From Isurus oxyrinchus (taxonomy: Eukaryota), in NCBI GenBank assembly GCA_026770705.1, contig JANJGN010000301.1:558001-622000 (forward strand): DNA of 64,000 nt, given 5' to 3'. Of the stretch, positions 23,422 through 36,193 are shown one piece after another; the stretch's first letter is position 1; the number at the start of each line of letters is the position of its first letter. The notes under the pieces are model-generated. The model was not told the origin of the DNA. It did no database searches and saw only the letters and a list, made by a program, of their open reading frames with translations. Position numbers and translations under genes: made by a program.

Positions 23422-23738
23422 TTTTTTATTCATTCCTGGGATGTGGGTGTTGGTGGCGGGGCCAGCAATTACTGGCCATTCCTAAGTGTCCTTGTTCAGA
23501 GGGCAGTTAAGAATCATCACATTGCTGTAGGCTCTGGGGTCACAGATAGGCCAGACCAGGTAAGGATTTTTATAACAATCGACAATGGTTTCATCGTCAT
23601 CTTTAGACTTTTAATTCCAGATTTTTATTGAATTCAAATTTCACCATCTGCTGTGGTGGGGATTGAACCCACATCCCCAGAGCATTACCCTGGGTCTCTT
23701 GAATACGAGTACATCACAATGCCACTATGTCACCACAA
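23422..23738 (-). mobile_element. tRNA-derived SINE with LINE-derived tail
   Basis: Reverse complement shows tRNA-like head, body, then caaggacacttaggaatggcc..cacatcccaggaatgaataaaaaa tail. Confidence 0.8.
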
Positions 23739-25305
23739 TGGCCACGTGCATGACCAGCATCTTTGTAGGGGCCAATGTTTTAATGACTGGGAGGAGCTTG
23801 TTACCCATTGTTCAAAATGATGACAACTTGTCCATCAAGCTGTATTAACCTTTGAGCTGATCAATAATGTCTTATTGATGAGGCAAAGCAGCAGCAGAGA
23901 AGGCAAGCAAAGGAAGAAAATCCTGCTCTCCTGATCTCACTACCTCATAGATGACCTGCCCCATGTGTCCAAAGATCTGTGTGTCTGTTCAGTCACATGA
24001 AGACCAATGGCAGAAACTCACAACCCTGAGTAGACATCACCCTCTAATCAAGGGACTGCTGATGACAATGAGGGACAATGTGCAGAGGACACATGTGAGG
24101 TCATCCTGGACCAGGAAGGAGGAGAGAATGCTGTGAATTTCTATGCTGGGATGGATTTTGGAAACTCCTTTTACAGGGGGTTAGAAGGGGAGGATTTATG
24201 CACAGCAAACTCAAAGCAAGAAAATATTTGTCTCCTCTGAATTTCCATCCTGGACTGATAGTGATTGCTTCTATGAACTCATGGGGTACCGGAAGCAGAG
24301 GTCTTTTTAAAGGAGTATCTTAAAGGAGGAAAGGAAGATAGAGAGGCAGACAGGATTAGTAATGAAAACCCAGAGTTTATGGCCTTGGCAGCTATAGGTA
24401 CCAAATGTGGAGCAAATGAAATCAGGAATTGTCAGTAAGTCAGAAGTAGAGTGCAGACATCTCAGAGGGAACAAAGGAATGGATGATGGTTTCAGCAGCA
24501 GATGAGCTGAGACTGGGGTGGAGTCTGGCGATGTTAGTAAGGTGGAATCCAGTCTTCATGATGATGCAGGTATGTGGGTGGAGCTTGCCTTGGAGTCAAA
24601 TATGACACCATTGTTTTGAACAATCTTTTTCAGCCTCAGGCAGTTGACAGGGAGGGGGTTGGAGTCGGTGCCTAGGGAGTGAAGTTTGTACTGGGGACTG
24701 AAGTCAACGGCTTCAGCCTTCTCAATATTTAAACAGAGGAAAATTCTCCTCATCCAGTGCTGGGTGTTGGGCAGGTCAGGATGGTGTGTGACTTGGAGGA
24801 GAACCTGGAGGTGATGGTGTTCACATACACCCGCTACCCTGGTCCTTCTAGGTGGTGGAGATTGAGGATTCATGAGATTCTGTCAAAGTTCTGGTCGATT
24901 TGCACAAATATAAATAATATTCCTCTCGTTCTCTGCTTCTGCTCCCAGGCCTCTTTCACTCTTCTCCCCCCATATTCCAGAGTCTTGTATAGGACCAGAC
25001 TGGGTGGCATGTTTCCTTCCCTGAAGCACATTAGTGAACCAGTTGGGGTTTTACGACAGTCCAGCAATTTTCATGGTCACTTTTTCCTAGTGTCGGCCCC
25101 ACAAATCAGCAGATTCATTCAGCTCAATTTCACAACCTGTCTTTGTGTTTTTGTGGGGTCTCTCTCATTTTTTTCTATTTTAAAATATTTTGACAGGTTT
25201 TTAGAAGGGGAGGATTTCGAGTCCGGAAACTCAAACCAAGCATCACATCAGGATCTGACAGAGTCACCCAATTTATCGTAACCTGAATATCATCGGATTT
25301 TGAAC

Positions 25306-26175
25306 ATGGAAGGAGAAAGCACCATTCACAGCAGTGAGAAACCGCACACGTGTCCTGTGTGTGGACGAGGCTTCAGCCGATCATCTGGCCTGTCGAAACA
25401 CAAGTGCAGTCATGCAGGGGAGAAACCATGGAAATGTGGAGACTGTGGGAAGGGATTCAGATCCCCTTCTGAGTTGGATACTCATCAACGCACTCACACT
25501 GGGGAGAAGCCATTCATCTGCTCCATATGTGGGAAGGGATTCATTTGGTCAGCAAACTTGCTGACACACCAGCGCGTTCACACTGGGGAGAGACCGTTCA
25601 CCTGCTCTGAGTGTGGGAAGGGATTCACTCATTTATCGTCCCTGCTGAGACACCAGCGAGTTCACACTGGAGAGAGGCCATTCATCTGCTCTGCATGTGA
25701 GAAAGGATTCACTGATTCATCCAACCTGCTGAAACATCAGCGAGTTCACACAGGAGAGAGGCCATTCACCTGCTCTGCATGTGGGATAGGATTCACTGAT
25801 GCATCCAACCTGTTGAGACACCAGCGAGTTCACACTGACAAGAGACCTTTTAAATGCCCAGACTGTGGGAAGTGCTTTAAAAGTTCTGGGGATCTGATGT
25901 CCCATCAGCGTGTTCACACTGATGAGAGACCTTTTAATTGTCCAGAATGTGGGAAATGCTACAAAAGGTTCTGGGAACTAATGTTTCATCAACGTGTTCA
26001 CACTGACGAGAGACCGTTCAGGTGCTCCCACTGTGGGACTGGGTTCAGGCGATCATCTGAACTCACTGTACACCAGCGAGTTCACACTGGGGAGAGACCA
26101 TTCACCTGCTCCGAGTGTGGGAAGAGATTCACTCGGTCATCCATCCTGATGAGACACCAGCAAGTTCACAAGTAA
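25306..26175 (+). CDS. C2H2 zinc-finger protein, 10 tandem fingers, no KRAB seen (ZNF-A), intact
   Basis: ATG at 25306 (aacATGG), 10 CxxC-x12-HxxxH repeats with TGERP-type linkers. Acceptor AG at 25195-25196, in-frame stop upstream of the ATG. Confidence 0.9.
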   Translation: MEGESTIHSSEKPHTCPVCGRGFSRSSGLSKHKCSHAGEKPWKCGDCGKGFRSPSELDTHQRTHTGEKPFICSICGKGFIWSANLLTHQRVHTGERPFTCSECGKGFTHLSSLLRHQRVHTGERPFICSACEKGFTDSSNLLKHQRVHTGERPFTCSACGIGFTDASNLLRHQRVHTDKRPFKCPDCGKCFKSSGDLMSHQRVHTDERPFNCPECGKCYKRFWELMFHQRVHTDERPFRCSHCGTGFRRSSELTVHQRVHTGERPFTCSECGKRFTRSSILMRHQQVHK

Positions 26176-26354
26176 CTACAGTGATTGGATTTAGCTGTTC
26201 ATCACATTCAGGACTGAACCATGTTCTTTGGGGTCTGTTTCTGCTGATATTAGTAAACTCCAAACCAGTTGTAGGTTTTAGTATTGTTGAAATTTAAAAA
26301 AGATTAGTTTTGTGTAAAGTACACAGTGAGGTGAATCTTTTTAATCTCTCTAAC

Positions 26355-27815
26355 TCACCAAGTTCCTTTTGAAGGGCTGTCCCTCTCCTCTCTCTTCTCC
26401 ATACTCACCCCAACAAGTGTGAGGAGCTCATGGAGCTTCCTTGTCACTAAGATTGAGACAATCCCATCTGCTGACTCTGCTGCTTCCCTCCCTTCCACTG
26501 GTCCATCGGGCAAAACTGTCTTTAAAGCTCTTCCTTGTCCAAGTCCTGAACTCGCATCTTTCCCCAGTTTCTCTTCTATCTCTCCCTCATTCCCTTCAGT
26601 GCTCATCTTATCCATGAGACCCACTTTCTGCTCTACTGACCCTATTCCCACTAAGCTGCTGACATTCAACTCTCGCTCTCTCCTGGTACTATCCCTCTAT
26701 CTTTTAATCCACCATCATCACCCATTCCATAAAAAAAAATCTTTAACCCCATCTCCAAACTCCCTTTCCTTTCCAATGTCCTTGTCCTTGGTGTCCCCCA
26801 AGGATCTATCCTTGGCCCCTCCTATTTCTCATCTACCTGCTGCCACTATGTGACACCATCCAAAAGCACCGTGTTAGTTTTCACATGTACACTGACAACG
26901 CCCAGCTCTACCTCACCACCATCTCTCTCCATTCCTCCACTGTTACTAAATTATCAAACTGCTTATCCCACATCCAGTACTGAAATGAGCAGAAATTTCC
27001 TCCAGTTAACAATTTGGAAGACCAAAGCCATTGTCTTCAGTCACCACAATAAATTCTGTTTCCTAACTGCCAAGTCCATCCCTCTCCCTGGGAACTGTCT
27101 GAGGCTGAACCACACTCTTCACAATCTTGATGTCATATTTGACCCCAAGATGAGATTCTGACCACATACCCACACCATCACGAATACCAGATATTTCAAT
27201 CTCCATAACTTCACTTGTCTCCCCCCCCACCCCAGCTCATCTGCTGCTGAAACCCTCAAACATGCCCATGTTACCTTTAGACTTGACAATTCCAATACAT
27301 TCCTGACCAGCCTCAATACATTCACCCCACCCCCACACGGAAACATGAGATCATCCAAAACTCTGCTGCCCATGTGTTTTCTCACACCAAGTCCTGTTTA
27401 TCCATCACCCCTGTGCTCACTGACCTACAATGGTCAAACAATGCCTCAATTTTAAAATTCACATTCTTGATTTCAAATCCCTCCATGGCCGTTTTCCTCC
27501 CTATCTCTGTAATCTCCAGTCACAGAACCTCTGAGATATACGCACTCCTTACCCTGGCCTCTTTAGCATCTCTGATTTTAATTACTCCACCATTGGTCGC
27601 CATGCCTCAGTGCGAAGCTCTGAAATTCCCCCCCTAAACCTCTCCCCTGATGACAAATGCTTGTTCCAATCTGACTCTCCAATCCAGGTTTTGACCATCT
27701 ACCCTTTGATCACCCTATGTGACTCAGTATCAAATTTTCTTTATGAAACTCCTCTAAAGCACCTTAGGACATTTTATTACATTCAATGTGTTACATAAAT
27801 ACCAAGTTGTTATTG
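26355..27815 (+). mobile_element. L2-type LINE fragment
   Basis: GVPQGSILGPL.F, decayed YADD (YTDN), NFLQLTIWKTKAIVF and L2-type tail. Confidence 0.85.
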
Positions 27816-28244
27816 TTTCAGGAAGCCAGTTTGGGCAAAGTAAGATTCCACAAGTGGCAAGCAAGTGACCGATTAATCCAGTTTTTTGGTGGTATTAGTT
27901 AAACCACGAATGTTGGTCCCACTGTACCAGGAGAACTCCCCTGTGGACAGTATGTGGAATTGTTGAGGTCTCCTGAGCTAAGAGTGGAGCTAACTGAGCT
28001 GTAAGGCCTGCAGTGTACCTTGAAGAACTGCTGTCTGGGATCTTTCCTCTTTATTCACTGACTTCCGGTTGAAGTTGTTTCTGCAGCAAAATAGTTAACT
28101 TTGAACATCAATCTCAATTTCATCTTTGGAGCAAAATCGAGAATTTTAAATCAGTTGTAAAAAAGAAAGTTCTTTATTAATTTAGAATCTTTCACTGCCT
28201 TAAAGCCATCCCAAAGTGATTCACAGTCAATGATGTATTTTGGA

Positions 28245-28720
28245 AGGATGAATGAGGAGAGGCAGTATAAACTAAATGGTACAATTTTAAACAGAGTGCA
28301 AGAACAGAGTGACCTGGGTGTGAAAGTAAAAAAAAATCTTGGAATGTGACAGGACTAGTTGATCAAAGTGATTGATAAAAGCTAATGGAGACCTTAGTTT
28401 TATTAACAGAGGCATGGAATACAAAAGCAAGGAAGATACAATGAATCTTTATAAATCTATGGTTAATTCTTAACTGAACTATTATGTCCAATTCTGAGTA
28501 CGATACATTCGGAAAGCTGTCAAGAAATTGGAAAGGGTCTAGGGAAGAATGACTGGGATAATCTCAAGGATGAGGGATTTCAGTTTTGTGGATAGACTGA
28601 AGAAGATGGGATTAAGGAGAGATTTAATAGAGATGTTGAGGTTTTGAGGAATTTTCATCTACACAGCGAGAAATTGTTTTCATTTGCAGAATGGTAGGTA
28701 ACCACAGAACACAATATAAT
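28245..28720 (+). mobile_element. Decayed CR1 fragment
   Basis: EQSDLGV, RGMEYKSKE and NYYVQF-like motifs. Confidence 0.7.
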
Positions 28721-29007
28721 TGTTCGATTGAGAAAACATACAATTTTTAAAGACGTTAAATTATGTATGTATCTGATCCATACATACTGCAAGGAGATGT
28801 CTTTGAGATCAGTTTTTCCTTTACATTCTGTGTTGTTCTGAATAATAACAGTATTAACTTTCCCCCTAACCTGTCCTAAACCTTCTACCACTTTATCTAT
28901 TGAAACCAGGGACTCTCTTTGTTCTAATGGTGACATTCCCTGTCTGCCCAGTTATTCCTTTAATTCGGCCCTTGAATTATTTGTACATTGTTTCATTATT
29001 TTCCCAT

Positions 29008-29720
29008 ATTTCAGCAACAAATGTTGAAATGTTTGCTCCACACCCACAGGGTTTCATCTGTTTAAAGCCACAAACAGAAAGGTCCAGTTTTCTCAAGGAG
29101 TTTGAGACAAATCAGCTTCCAAAATGATGCAGAGTTTCAGCCCCGCCCCCCATTCACTCCGATTGGTTGGAGGACTAGCCGTTCTTGCTGTGTCCTGCAA
29201 TCCCGCCCCTTCTTCCTATTGCTCCGGAGCTACTGTCAATCATACACCCCCCGGTGTATTATGACCTGGAGCATGCGCAGTGCAGGTGATGTCCACAGAC
29301 AGACGCTTGTTTATCTCATCTTCAGGCAGGAAGGAGGCGGAGAAGCGGCGGCAGCGTTAGGGGCAGTGGGTCGGAGGGGAGGCTTCACAAACACTCAGTG
29401 GAGGCGTCAAACGCCAAAGAAGGAGCCACAGGTAACGCGTTTGCACCAATCGGGGCGGGAGCTTTGGGACTTTTCTCGGTCACAGGGCGACGTGGGCTCC
29501 AACTGGAGTCAATGGAGCCGGAGAGTGGGAGGAATGGAGTGGGCGGGAAGCTTGAAAATCACTCAGTGGAGGCCTGAGATCGCGAAGAACAAACTACCGG
29601 TCGCGGGGTTGCAGCGAATGGTCCGGTTGCAGCTGTGGCCCGAGTCTCCCCTCGGAGACAGGCCCGGGTTAACAGCCGCCATCTTTATAGGTCAATGTGC
29701 AGCGGGGCGCATGCGCGGCC
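29008..29720. promoter_or_regulatory. Putative promoter/first exon of ZNF-B
   Basis: Shared cassette. GCATGCGCA 29271-29279, GCGCATGCGC 29707-29716, YY1-type GCCGCCATCTT 29675-29685, CCAAT and GC boxes. Confidence 0.7.
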
Positions 29721-30208
29721 ATCCATGTCCCTGTCAGCAGGAGGAGAGGATGTTGTGAATTTCTGTCCTGGACTGACCGATGGATTTTGGAAACTCCTTT
29801 TATCGAAGGTTAGAATCCGGTTTCAAGACAAAAAACTCAACTAAACATAACATTCAGATCTGTCATTGTCACTGAATTAATCAAATGTTTAAATGGAGGA
29901 AGGTACTGCATGTGGTACATCCAGTACATCCTGACAAGTCAGGACCGTGTGACTTGGAGGGGAATTTGGAGGTGATGATGTTCACATACACTTGCTGCCC
30001 TTATGATACTGGGCAGTGGAGGCTCAGGGTTTGGGAGATTCTGTCAAAGTATTGGTTGAGTTATACATATATAAAATCCCGCTCCTTAGCCCGCTGGTAC
30101 CCTGCCAATCTCTCTCTCTCTGCCTCTCTCCCTCCTCCCACAGAGGCCAGATTCAGTGTAGGTCCAAGCCAAGGTGGCAGGTTCCATTCCCTGAGTGACA
30201 TCAGTGAA

Positions 30209-31102
30209 GAATCTCACAGTGCAGAAGAGGCCCTTCGGTCCATTGAGCCTGCACCAACACGTGAGAAACAACTGACCTACCTACCTAATCCCATTTACCA
30301 GCACTTGGCCCATAGCTTTGAATGTTATGACATGCCAAGTGCTCATCCAGGTACTTTTTAAAGGATGTGAGGCAACCCACCTCCACCACCCTCCCAGGCA
30401 GCACATTGCAGACCGTCACCACCCTCTGGGTAAAAAAGTTTTTCCTCACATCCCCCCCAAACCTCCTGCCCCTCACCTTGAACTTATATTCCCTCGTGAC
30501 TGACCCTTCAACTAAGGGGAACAGCTGCTCCCTATCTACCCTGTCCACACCCCTCATAACCTTGACACCTCGATCAGATCGCCCCTCAGTCTTCCCTGCT
30601 CCAACGAAAACAACCCAAGTCTATCCAACCTCGCTTCCCAATTTAAATGTTTCATCCCAGGCAACATCCTGGTGAATCTCCTCTGCACCACCTCCAGTGC
30701 AATCACATCCTTCCTAAAATGTGGCGACCAGAACTGCACACACTACTCCAGCTGTGGCCTCACCAAGGTTCTATACAACTCCAACATGACCTCCCTACTT
30801 TTGTAATCTATGCCTCGATTGATAAAGGGATTTTATATATGTCCCATTTGCCTTTTTCACCGCCCCACTAACATGCCCCTCCGCCTTCAGAGATCTTTGG
30901 AAACACACACCAATGTCCCTTTGTTCCTCAGAACTTCCTAGTGTCATGCCATTCATTGAATACTTCCTTGTCAAATTACTCCTTCCAAAGTGAATCACCT
31001 CACACTTTTCAGGATTAAATTCCATCTGCCACTTATCTGCCCATTTGACCATCCTGTCTATATCTTCCTGTAGCCCAAGACACTTGACCTGACTGTTAAC
31101 CC
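30209..31102 (-). mobile_element. CR1 LINE 3' fragment inserted into an intronic SINE remnant
   Basis: [27 protein letters not shown]. Very similar to 36194-37164. The flanks rejoin into the sequence seen uninterrupted at 25000-25140. Confidence 0.92.
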
Positions 31103-31368
31103 AAGAAGTAGGGATTTTATGACAACCCGGCAGCCTTCATGGTCACCTTTTCCTAGTGCTGACTCTACAAATTACCAGATTCATGCAGCTTAATTTCATA
31201 ACTTGTGGGTTATTGTGGGTTCTCTGTCACTCCCTTTAATCTGTTTTAAATCAATTTCACAGGGTATTAAGGAGGGAGGATTTGCATTCATGAAGCTCAA
31301 AAGAAATCACATCAGGATCTGACAGTCGCCCAATTTTCTCCTAACCTGAATATGATTGGATTTTGAAC

Positions 31369-32157
31369 ATGGAAGGAAAAAGCACCATTCACATTGGAGA
31401 GAAACCGTACACGTGTTCTGTGTGTGGACGAGGCTTCAATCAATCATCTGACTTGTTGAGACACAAGCGCGGTCACACTGGGGAGAAACTGTGGAAATGT
31501 GGGGAGTGTGGGAAGGGATTCAGTTACCCATCCCAGCTAGACATTCATCGACGCATTCACACCGGGGAGAAGCCGTTCAACTGCTCTGAGTGCAGGAAGG
31601 GATTCACTCAGTTATCCAGCCTGCTGAAACACAAGCAAGTTCACACTGGGGAGAGACCATTCAGCTGCTCCAAGTGTGAGAAGACATTTGCTCGATCATC
31701 CATCCTGCTAAAACATCAGCGAGTACACAGTGGGGAGAAGCCATTCACCTGCTCTGAGTGTGGGAAGGGATTCACTCAGTCATCCAACCTACTGTCACAC
31801 CAACGAATCCACACTGGGGCGAGACCATTCACCTGCTCCGAGTGTGGGAAGGGATTCAGTCAGATATCTGATCAGCTGAAACACCAGCGCGTTCACACTG
31901 GGGAGAGACCATTCACCTGCTCCGAGTGCGGGAAGGGATTCACTCAGTCATCCCACCTGCTGAGGCACCATCGAGTTCACACTGGGGAGAGACCTTTTAA
32001 ATGCCCAGACTGTGGGAAATGCTATAAATGTTCTGGTGACCTGGCATATCATCAACGTATTCACACTGATGAGAGACCATTCAGGTGCTCTGACTGTGGG
32101 AGCGGCTTCAGGAGATCATCTCAACTCACTATACACCAACGAATTCACTCTGGGTAG
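31369..32157 (+). CDS. C2H2 zinc-finger protein, 9 fingers (ZNF-B), 10th finger cut off by a nonsense codon
   Basis: ATG 31369. TAG at 32155-32157 replaces the linker Glu. The frame continues with a full finger to TAA 32236-32238. Confidence 0.85.
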   Translation: MEGKSTIHIGEKPYTCSVCGRGFNQSSDLLRHKRGHTGEKLWKCGECGKGFSYPSQLDIHRRIHTGEKPFNCSECRKGFTQLSSLLKHKQVHTGERPFSCSKCEKTFARSSILLKHQRVHSGEKPFTCSECGKGFTQSSNLLSHQRIHTGARPFTCSECGKGFSQISDQLKHQRVHTGERPFTCSECGKGFTQSSHLLRHHRVHTGERPFKCPDCGKCYKCSGDLAYHQRIHTDERPFRCSDCGSGFRRSSQLTIHQRIHSG

Positions 32158-32659
32158 AGACCATTCACCTGTTCCGAGTGTGGAAAGGGATTCACTCAGT
32201 CGTCCTATCTGCTGAGACACCTGCAAATTCACAAGTAACTACAGTGATTGGATTTTTCTGTTAATTTCACCCAGGACTGACCCTTGTTCATTGGTATCTG
32301 TTTCTGCTGACGTTAATAAACTCTATTCGCATTACTGGGGTTAATATTTTGGATAAAAGTCAAGTAGATCAGCTTTGTGTTAAACATGCACAGTGTGTTG
32401 AGTCTTTTTAATATCTCACTAACAAAGTTAGTTTCTTTTGAAGGGCTCTCCCTCTCCCTGTCTCCGCCATTCTCACCTCCAACAACACATTTGAGTTGCT
32501 CATGAAACTTCTTTGTCACTAAGATTGAGAGAATCTTATTAGCTGCCTCTGCTTCTTCCCTCCCTTCCACTTGTCTACCAGGATAATGCCTCTGAACTTC
32601 CCCCTCACTGACCCCCAAACCACATCTTTCTCTAGTTTCTCTCCCATCTTTCCCTGTTT

Positions 32660-33162
32660 GTTTTGTCTGTGGGAAAAGATTTCAAACATCAGTGTGACTG
32701 GAAAAGCACCGAAACACACACACACCTGAGTGAGGGTGTTCCAGTGAACTCGCTGTGGAAAGAGCTTTAACCAGTGTTACAGCCTGAATAAGCGCCACAC
32801 CATTCATAGCAAGGAAAAACCATGCACGTGTACTGTGTGTGGACGAGGCTTCAGTTGGTCATCCAATCCGGAGAGGAACAGCATCCACACCATGGAGAAA
32901 CCGTGGAAATGTGGGGACTGTGGAAAGGGATTCGATTATCCACCCGAGCTGTTAGCTCATCGGCGCATTCACACAGAGGAAAGGTCGTTCGCCTGCTCCA
33001 TGTGGGAGGGGATTCATTCAGATATCCAACATGTTGACACACCAGCGAATTCACACGAGGGAGAGACCTTTTAAGTGCCCAAACTGTGGGAAGTGCGATA
33101 AATCTTTGGGCGAAGTGACCCACCATCACACCGACGAGAGACCATTCAGGTGCTCTCACTGT
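32660..33162 (+). pseudogene. C2H2 zinc-finger pseudogene fragment (ZNF-C)
   Basis: [14 protein letters not shown].., frameshifts, truncated at RPFRCSHC. Confidence 0.85.
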
Positions 33163-33207
33163 TGTCACGCCTCACTGGGGATAGTGCGCTGTAATATCAA
33201 GCCCCAC

Positions 33208-33483
33208 TGTTCTCTGAGTCTGACAAATGTGAAAAGTTTGACCAAACCACCAAATTGGCCCAATTCTACCTAACTGTTTAACTTAGGTTAACAGAATAGG
33301 AGCACCAGGTTTGTAAATTTAATAAGTAAATAGTTGTTTATTACAAATTGTTCTCCGAGTCTGACAAATGTGAAAAGTTTGACTAAACCACCAAATTGCC
33401 CCAATTCTACCTAACTGTTTAACTTAGGTTAACAGAATAGGCACACCAGGTTTGTAAATTTATTAAGTAAATAGTTGTTTATT
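33208..33483. repeat. About 140-bp direct tandem duplication within an LTR-like insertion starting TGTCACG at about 33163
   Basis: tgttctc(t/c)gagtctgacaaatgtgaaaag...aaatagttgtttatt present twice. Confidence 0.85.
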
Positions 33484-35438
33484 GAACAAATTGTTTTTAA
33501 CCAGTGGCAAAAATAGGAAATATGAACTTATACACACACATAAGACACACTAAACATGGATTTTAAGGGTGGGATAAAACAATTCAATAGCACCAGTCCA
33601 AAGTACAGGATTTGATGGTTGATTTTGATCAATGTCTGCCAAATTCCTTTCAGTTCTTTGTTAATGACATGAGGTGGTCTTCCAGCACTTTCAGTTTTTA
33701 TTTCTCTGGTTGTGAACTTGCTTTTCAATGTCTCTAACAGTGGTTTTTCCCCTTTTCTTTTTACAGGGGTTTCCTTAGAGCAGGTTATAGAGATATAAGG
33801 AAAAGAGAATTTAGGTGTTTTCTCTTTGCAGGCCAGGAACTTTCTGCTGCACTTTCAGCTACACAAACCTTGGTCACCTGGTCAGGAGCCAATTAAAATG
33901 CTGTTGTCAGTTGGCTCCCTTGGTCCAGGACTCCTATCTACAAACATTCACTCCCTCCACCACTGACACACAGCAGCAACAGTGTGTACCATCTAAGAGA
34001 TGAACTGCAGGAATTCACCAAGGCTCCTTAGACAGCAACTTCCAAACCCATGACCACTACCATCTAGATGGACAAGGTCAGCAGACACATGGGAACACCA
34101 CCACTTGAAAGTTCCCCTCCATGTCACTCACCATCCTGACTTGGAAATATATTGCCATTCTGTTAGACTCACATCTCCCAAGACTGAAGTTTTCTTTTAC
34201 AAACTGGAAGGATTTGGCATGATCTGGACGTGTGGACGCTAACCTGGGATTTTTTTTTAAAAAAGGTCATAAATTCACCTTGGGACTGTCAACAAGCAGG
34301 CCTCTTCCAAGAAATCACCTGACCTATATGGTTCTTGAGAAGGAGTTGTTTGATTTGATAGAACTATTCAGTCATGAGGGGTCCAGACAGAGTAGATAGG
34401 GAGAAATTGTTCCTACTCGTGAAAGGATCCAGAACAAGAGGGCACAGATTCAAAGTAATTAGTAAAAGAAGCAAAAGTGATATGAGCAGAAATGTATTTT
34501 TACGCAGCGAGTGGTTAGGGTCTGGAATGCACTGCCTGAGGGTGTGGTGAAGGCAGGTTCAACTGAAGCATTCAAAAGGGAATCAGACTATTACCTGAGA
34601 TCAAAGAATGTGCAGGGTTAGGGGAAGAAGGCAGGGGGATGGAACTCGGTGAGTTGCTCCTGTACACTCTTTAGAATTGTACCCTTTATTTCTATATTGT
34701 CTCTCCGTGCTCCTCGTACCAAAATGAATCACTTCACATTTCTCTGCATTGAACTTCATCTGTCCGCCCATTCCACCAGAGAAATGGCCACATCGCAGTT
34801 TAGGAGCCAGGAGGCAGAAAGGAAGAAGTATTTAGATGAGCACTTGAAACGCCACAGCATCCAAGTGCTGGAAAATGGGATTAGAATAGATCAGGGTTTG
34901 ATGGCCGGCACAGACACGATGGGCTGAAAGACCTGTTTCTGTGCTGTATAACTAACTCTATCTTTGAAATGAGTGACCACCAGACAGTCCAAGAGAACTA
35001 GGCAGGTATTGCGCTCATCGATCAATTTTGTTTTGTTCACTGGTGAGGACATTGGTTCCTCAGAGGTGTGCAGTCAGAGCCAGGTTTGTGGCACCACGAG
35101 CAGTTCTGCTGTACAGGAGGAGAGGAAGAGAGGAAGAGCTATAATGATAGATTTGTTATTTTGGGGAACAGACAGGTGCTTCTGTGGCTATATACATGAC
35201 TCCAGGATGGTATGTTGCCTCTCTGGTGCCAGGGTCAAGGATGTCATGGAGCGGCTGCAGGACACTCCATGGGGGAGGGTGATCAGCCAGAGATCATGGT
35301 CCACATTGGTACCAATGACTTAGGTAGGAAAGGGGATGAGGTTCTGCAAGCAGACTTTAGGGATCTAGGGAGGGCACTGAAAAGCAGGGCCTCTAAAGCA
35401 GTAATCTCAGGATTATTCCCAGTCCCACAAGCAAATGT

Positions 35439-35529
35439 GGCTCTGTGGTGCAATGGACAGCATGTTGGCCTTCTCATCAGTGATAGGTCAGGTATTCAAA
35501 GGTTGTGGATTCAAATCCCACCAGAGTCA
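35439..35529 (+). pseudogene. Intron-containing tRNA-Arg(TCT) copy (retroposed pre-tRNA)
   Basis: GGCTCTGTGGTGCAATGGACAGCATGTTGGCCTTCTC [18-nt intron 35476-35493] ATTCAAAGGTTGTGGATTCAAATCCCACCAGAGTCA, collinear with vertebrate Arg-TCT. Several inactivating substitutions. Confidence 0.9.
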
Positions 35530-35535
35530 CATTTT

Positions 35536-36048
35536 AAGGATGTGATTGCACTAGAGAGAGAGCAGAGGAGATTTACCAGGATGTTGCCCGGGCTGGAGAG
35601 TTTTAGTTGTGAGGAGAGATTGGATAGACTAGGGTTATTTTCCCTGGAGCAGAGGAGATTGAGGGGGACATGATTGAAGTGTATAAAATTATGAAGGACA
35701 TAGATAGGGTAGCCAGGAAGGAACTTTGCCCCTTGGCGGAGGGATCAATAACCAGGGGGCATAGATTTAAGGTAAGGGGCAGGAGGTTTAGAGGGGATGT
35801 GAGGAAGAATTTTTTCATCCAGAGGGTGGTGGGAACCTGGAACTCACTGCCTGAAAGGGTGGTAGGGGCAGAAAGCCTCATAACATTTAAGAAGTATTTG
35901 GATGTGCACTTGTGATGCCATGGTATACAAGGCTATGGGCCTAGTGCTGGAAAATGGGATTAGAATAATTAGGTACTCCTTTGACCTGCACAGACTCGAT
36001 GGGCCAAAGGGCCTTTTTCTGTGCTGTAGACCTCTATGACACTATGAC
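35536..36048 (+). mobile_element. 5'-truncated CR1 fused to the pre-tRNA
   Basis: [36 protein letters not shown], tail ctatgacactatgac. Confidence 0.92.
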
Positions 36049-36193
36049 AAGCGAGTATAGAAATAGGAGAACTGAGCGAATAAACAAATGGCTGGAAAGT
36101 TAGTGTTGGAGGGAGGGCCTCAGATTTCTGAGGCATTGGGACCAGTTCTGCGGAACATGGGACCTATACAAGGTCTACACCTGAATAGGGATC

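Noticed and set aside
25197-25305. LEGEDFESGNSNQASHQDL.. as a novel ZNF N-terminal effector domain
   Set aside because: An in-frame stop sits at the same S*PEY position in ZNF-A, B and H, and other copies have indels. It behaves as 5' UTR.
29102-29758. 218-aa ORF over the ZNF-B promoter
   Set aside because: TTG start, GC-rich promoter DNA, and the frame is not kept in paralogous cassettes.
8358-35529. Functional tRNA genes
   Set aside because: Every tRNA-like copy has broken stems, damaged boxes or internal T-runs, so all are called pseudogenes pending tRNAscan-SE.
35212-35673. 153-aa ORF joining esterase-like and RT C-terminal sequence
   Set aside because: Chance read-through across host CR1 ORF1, the tRNA insert and the nested CR1.
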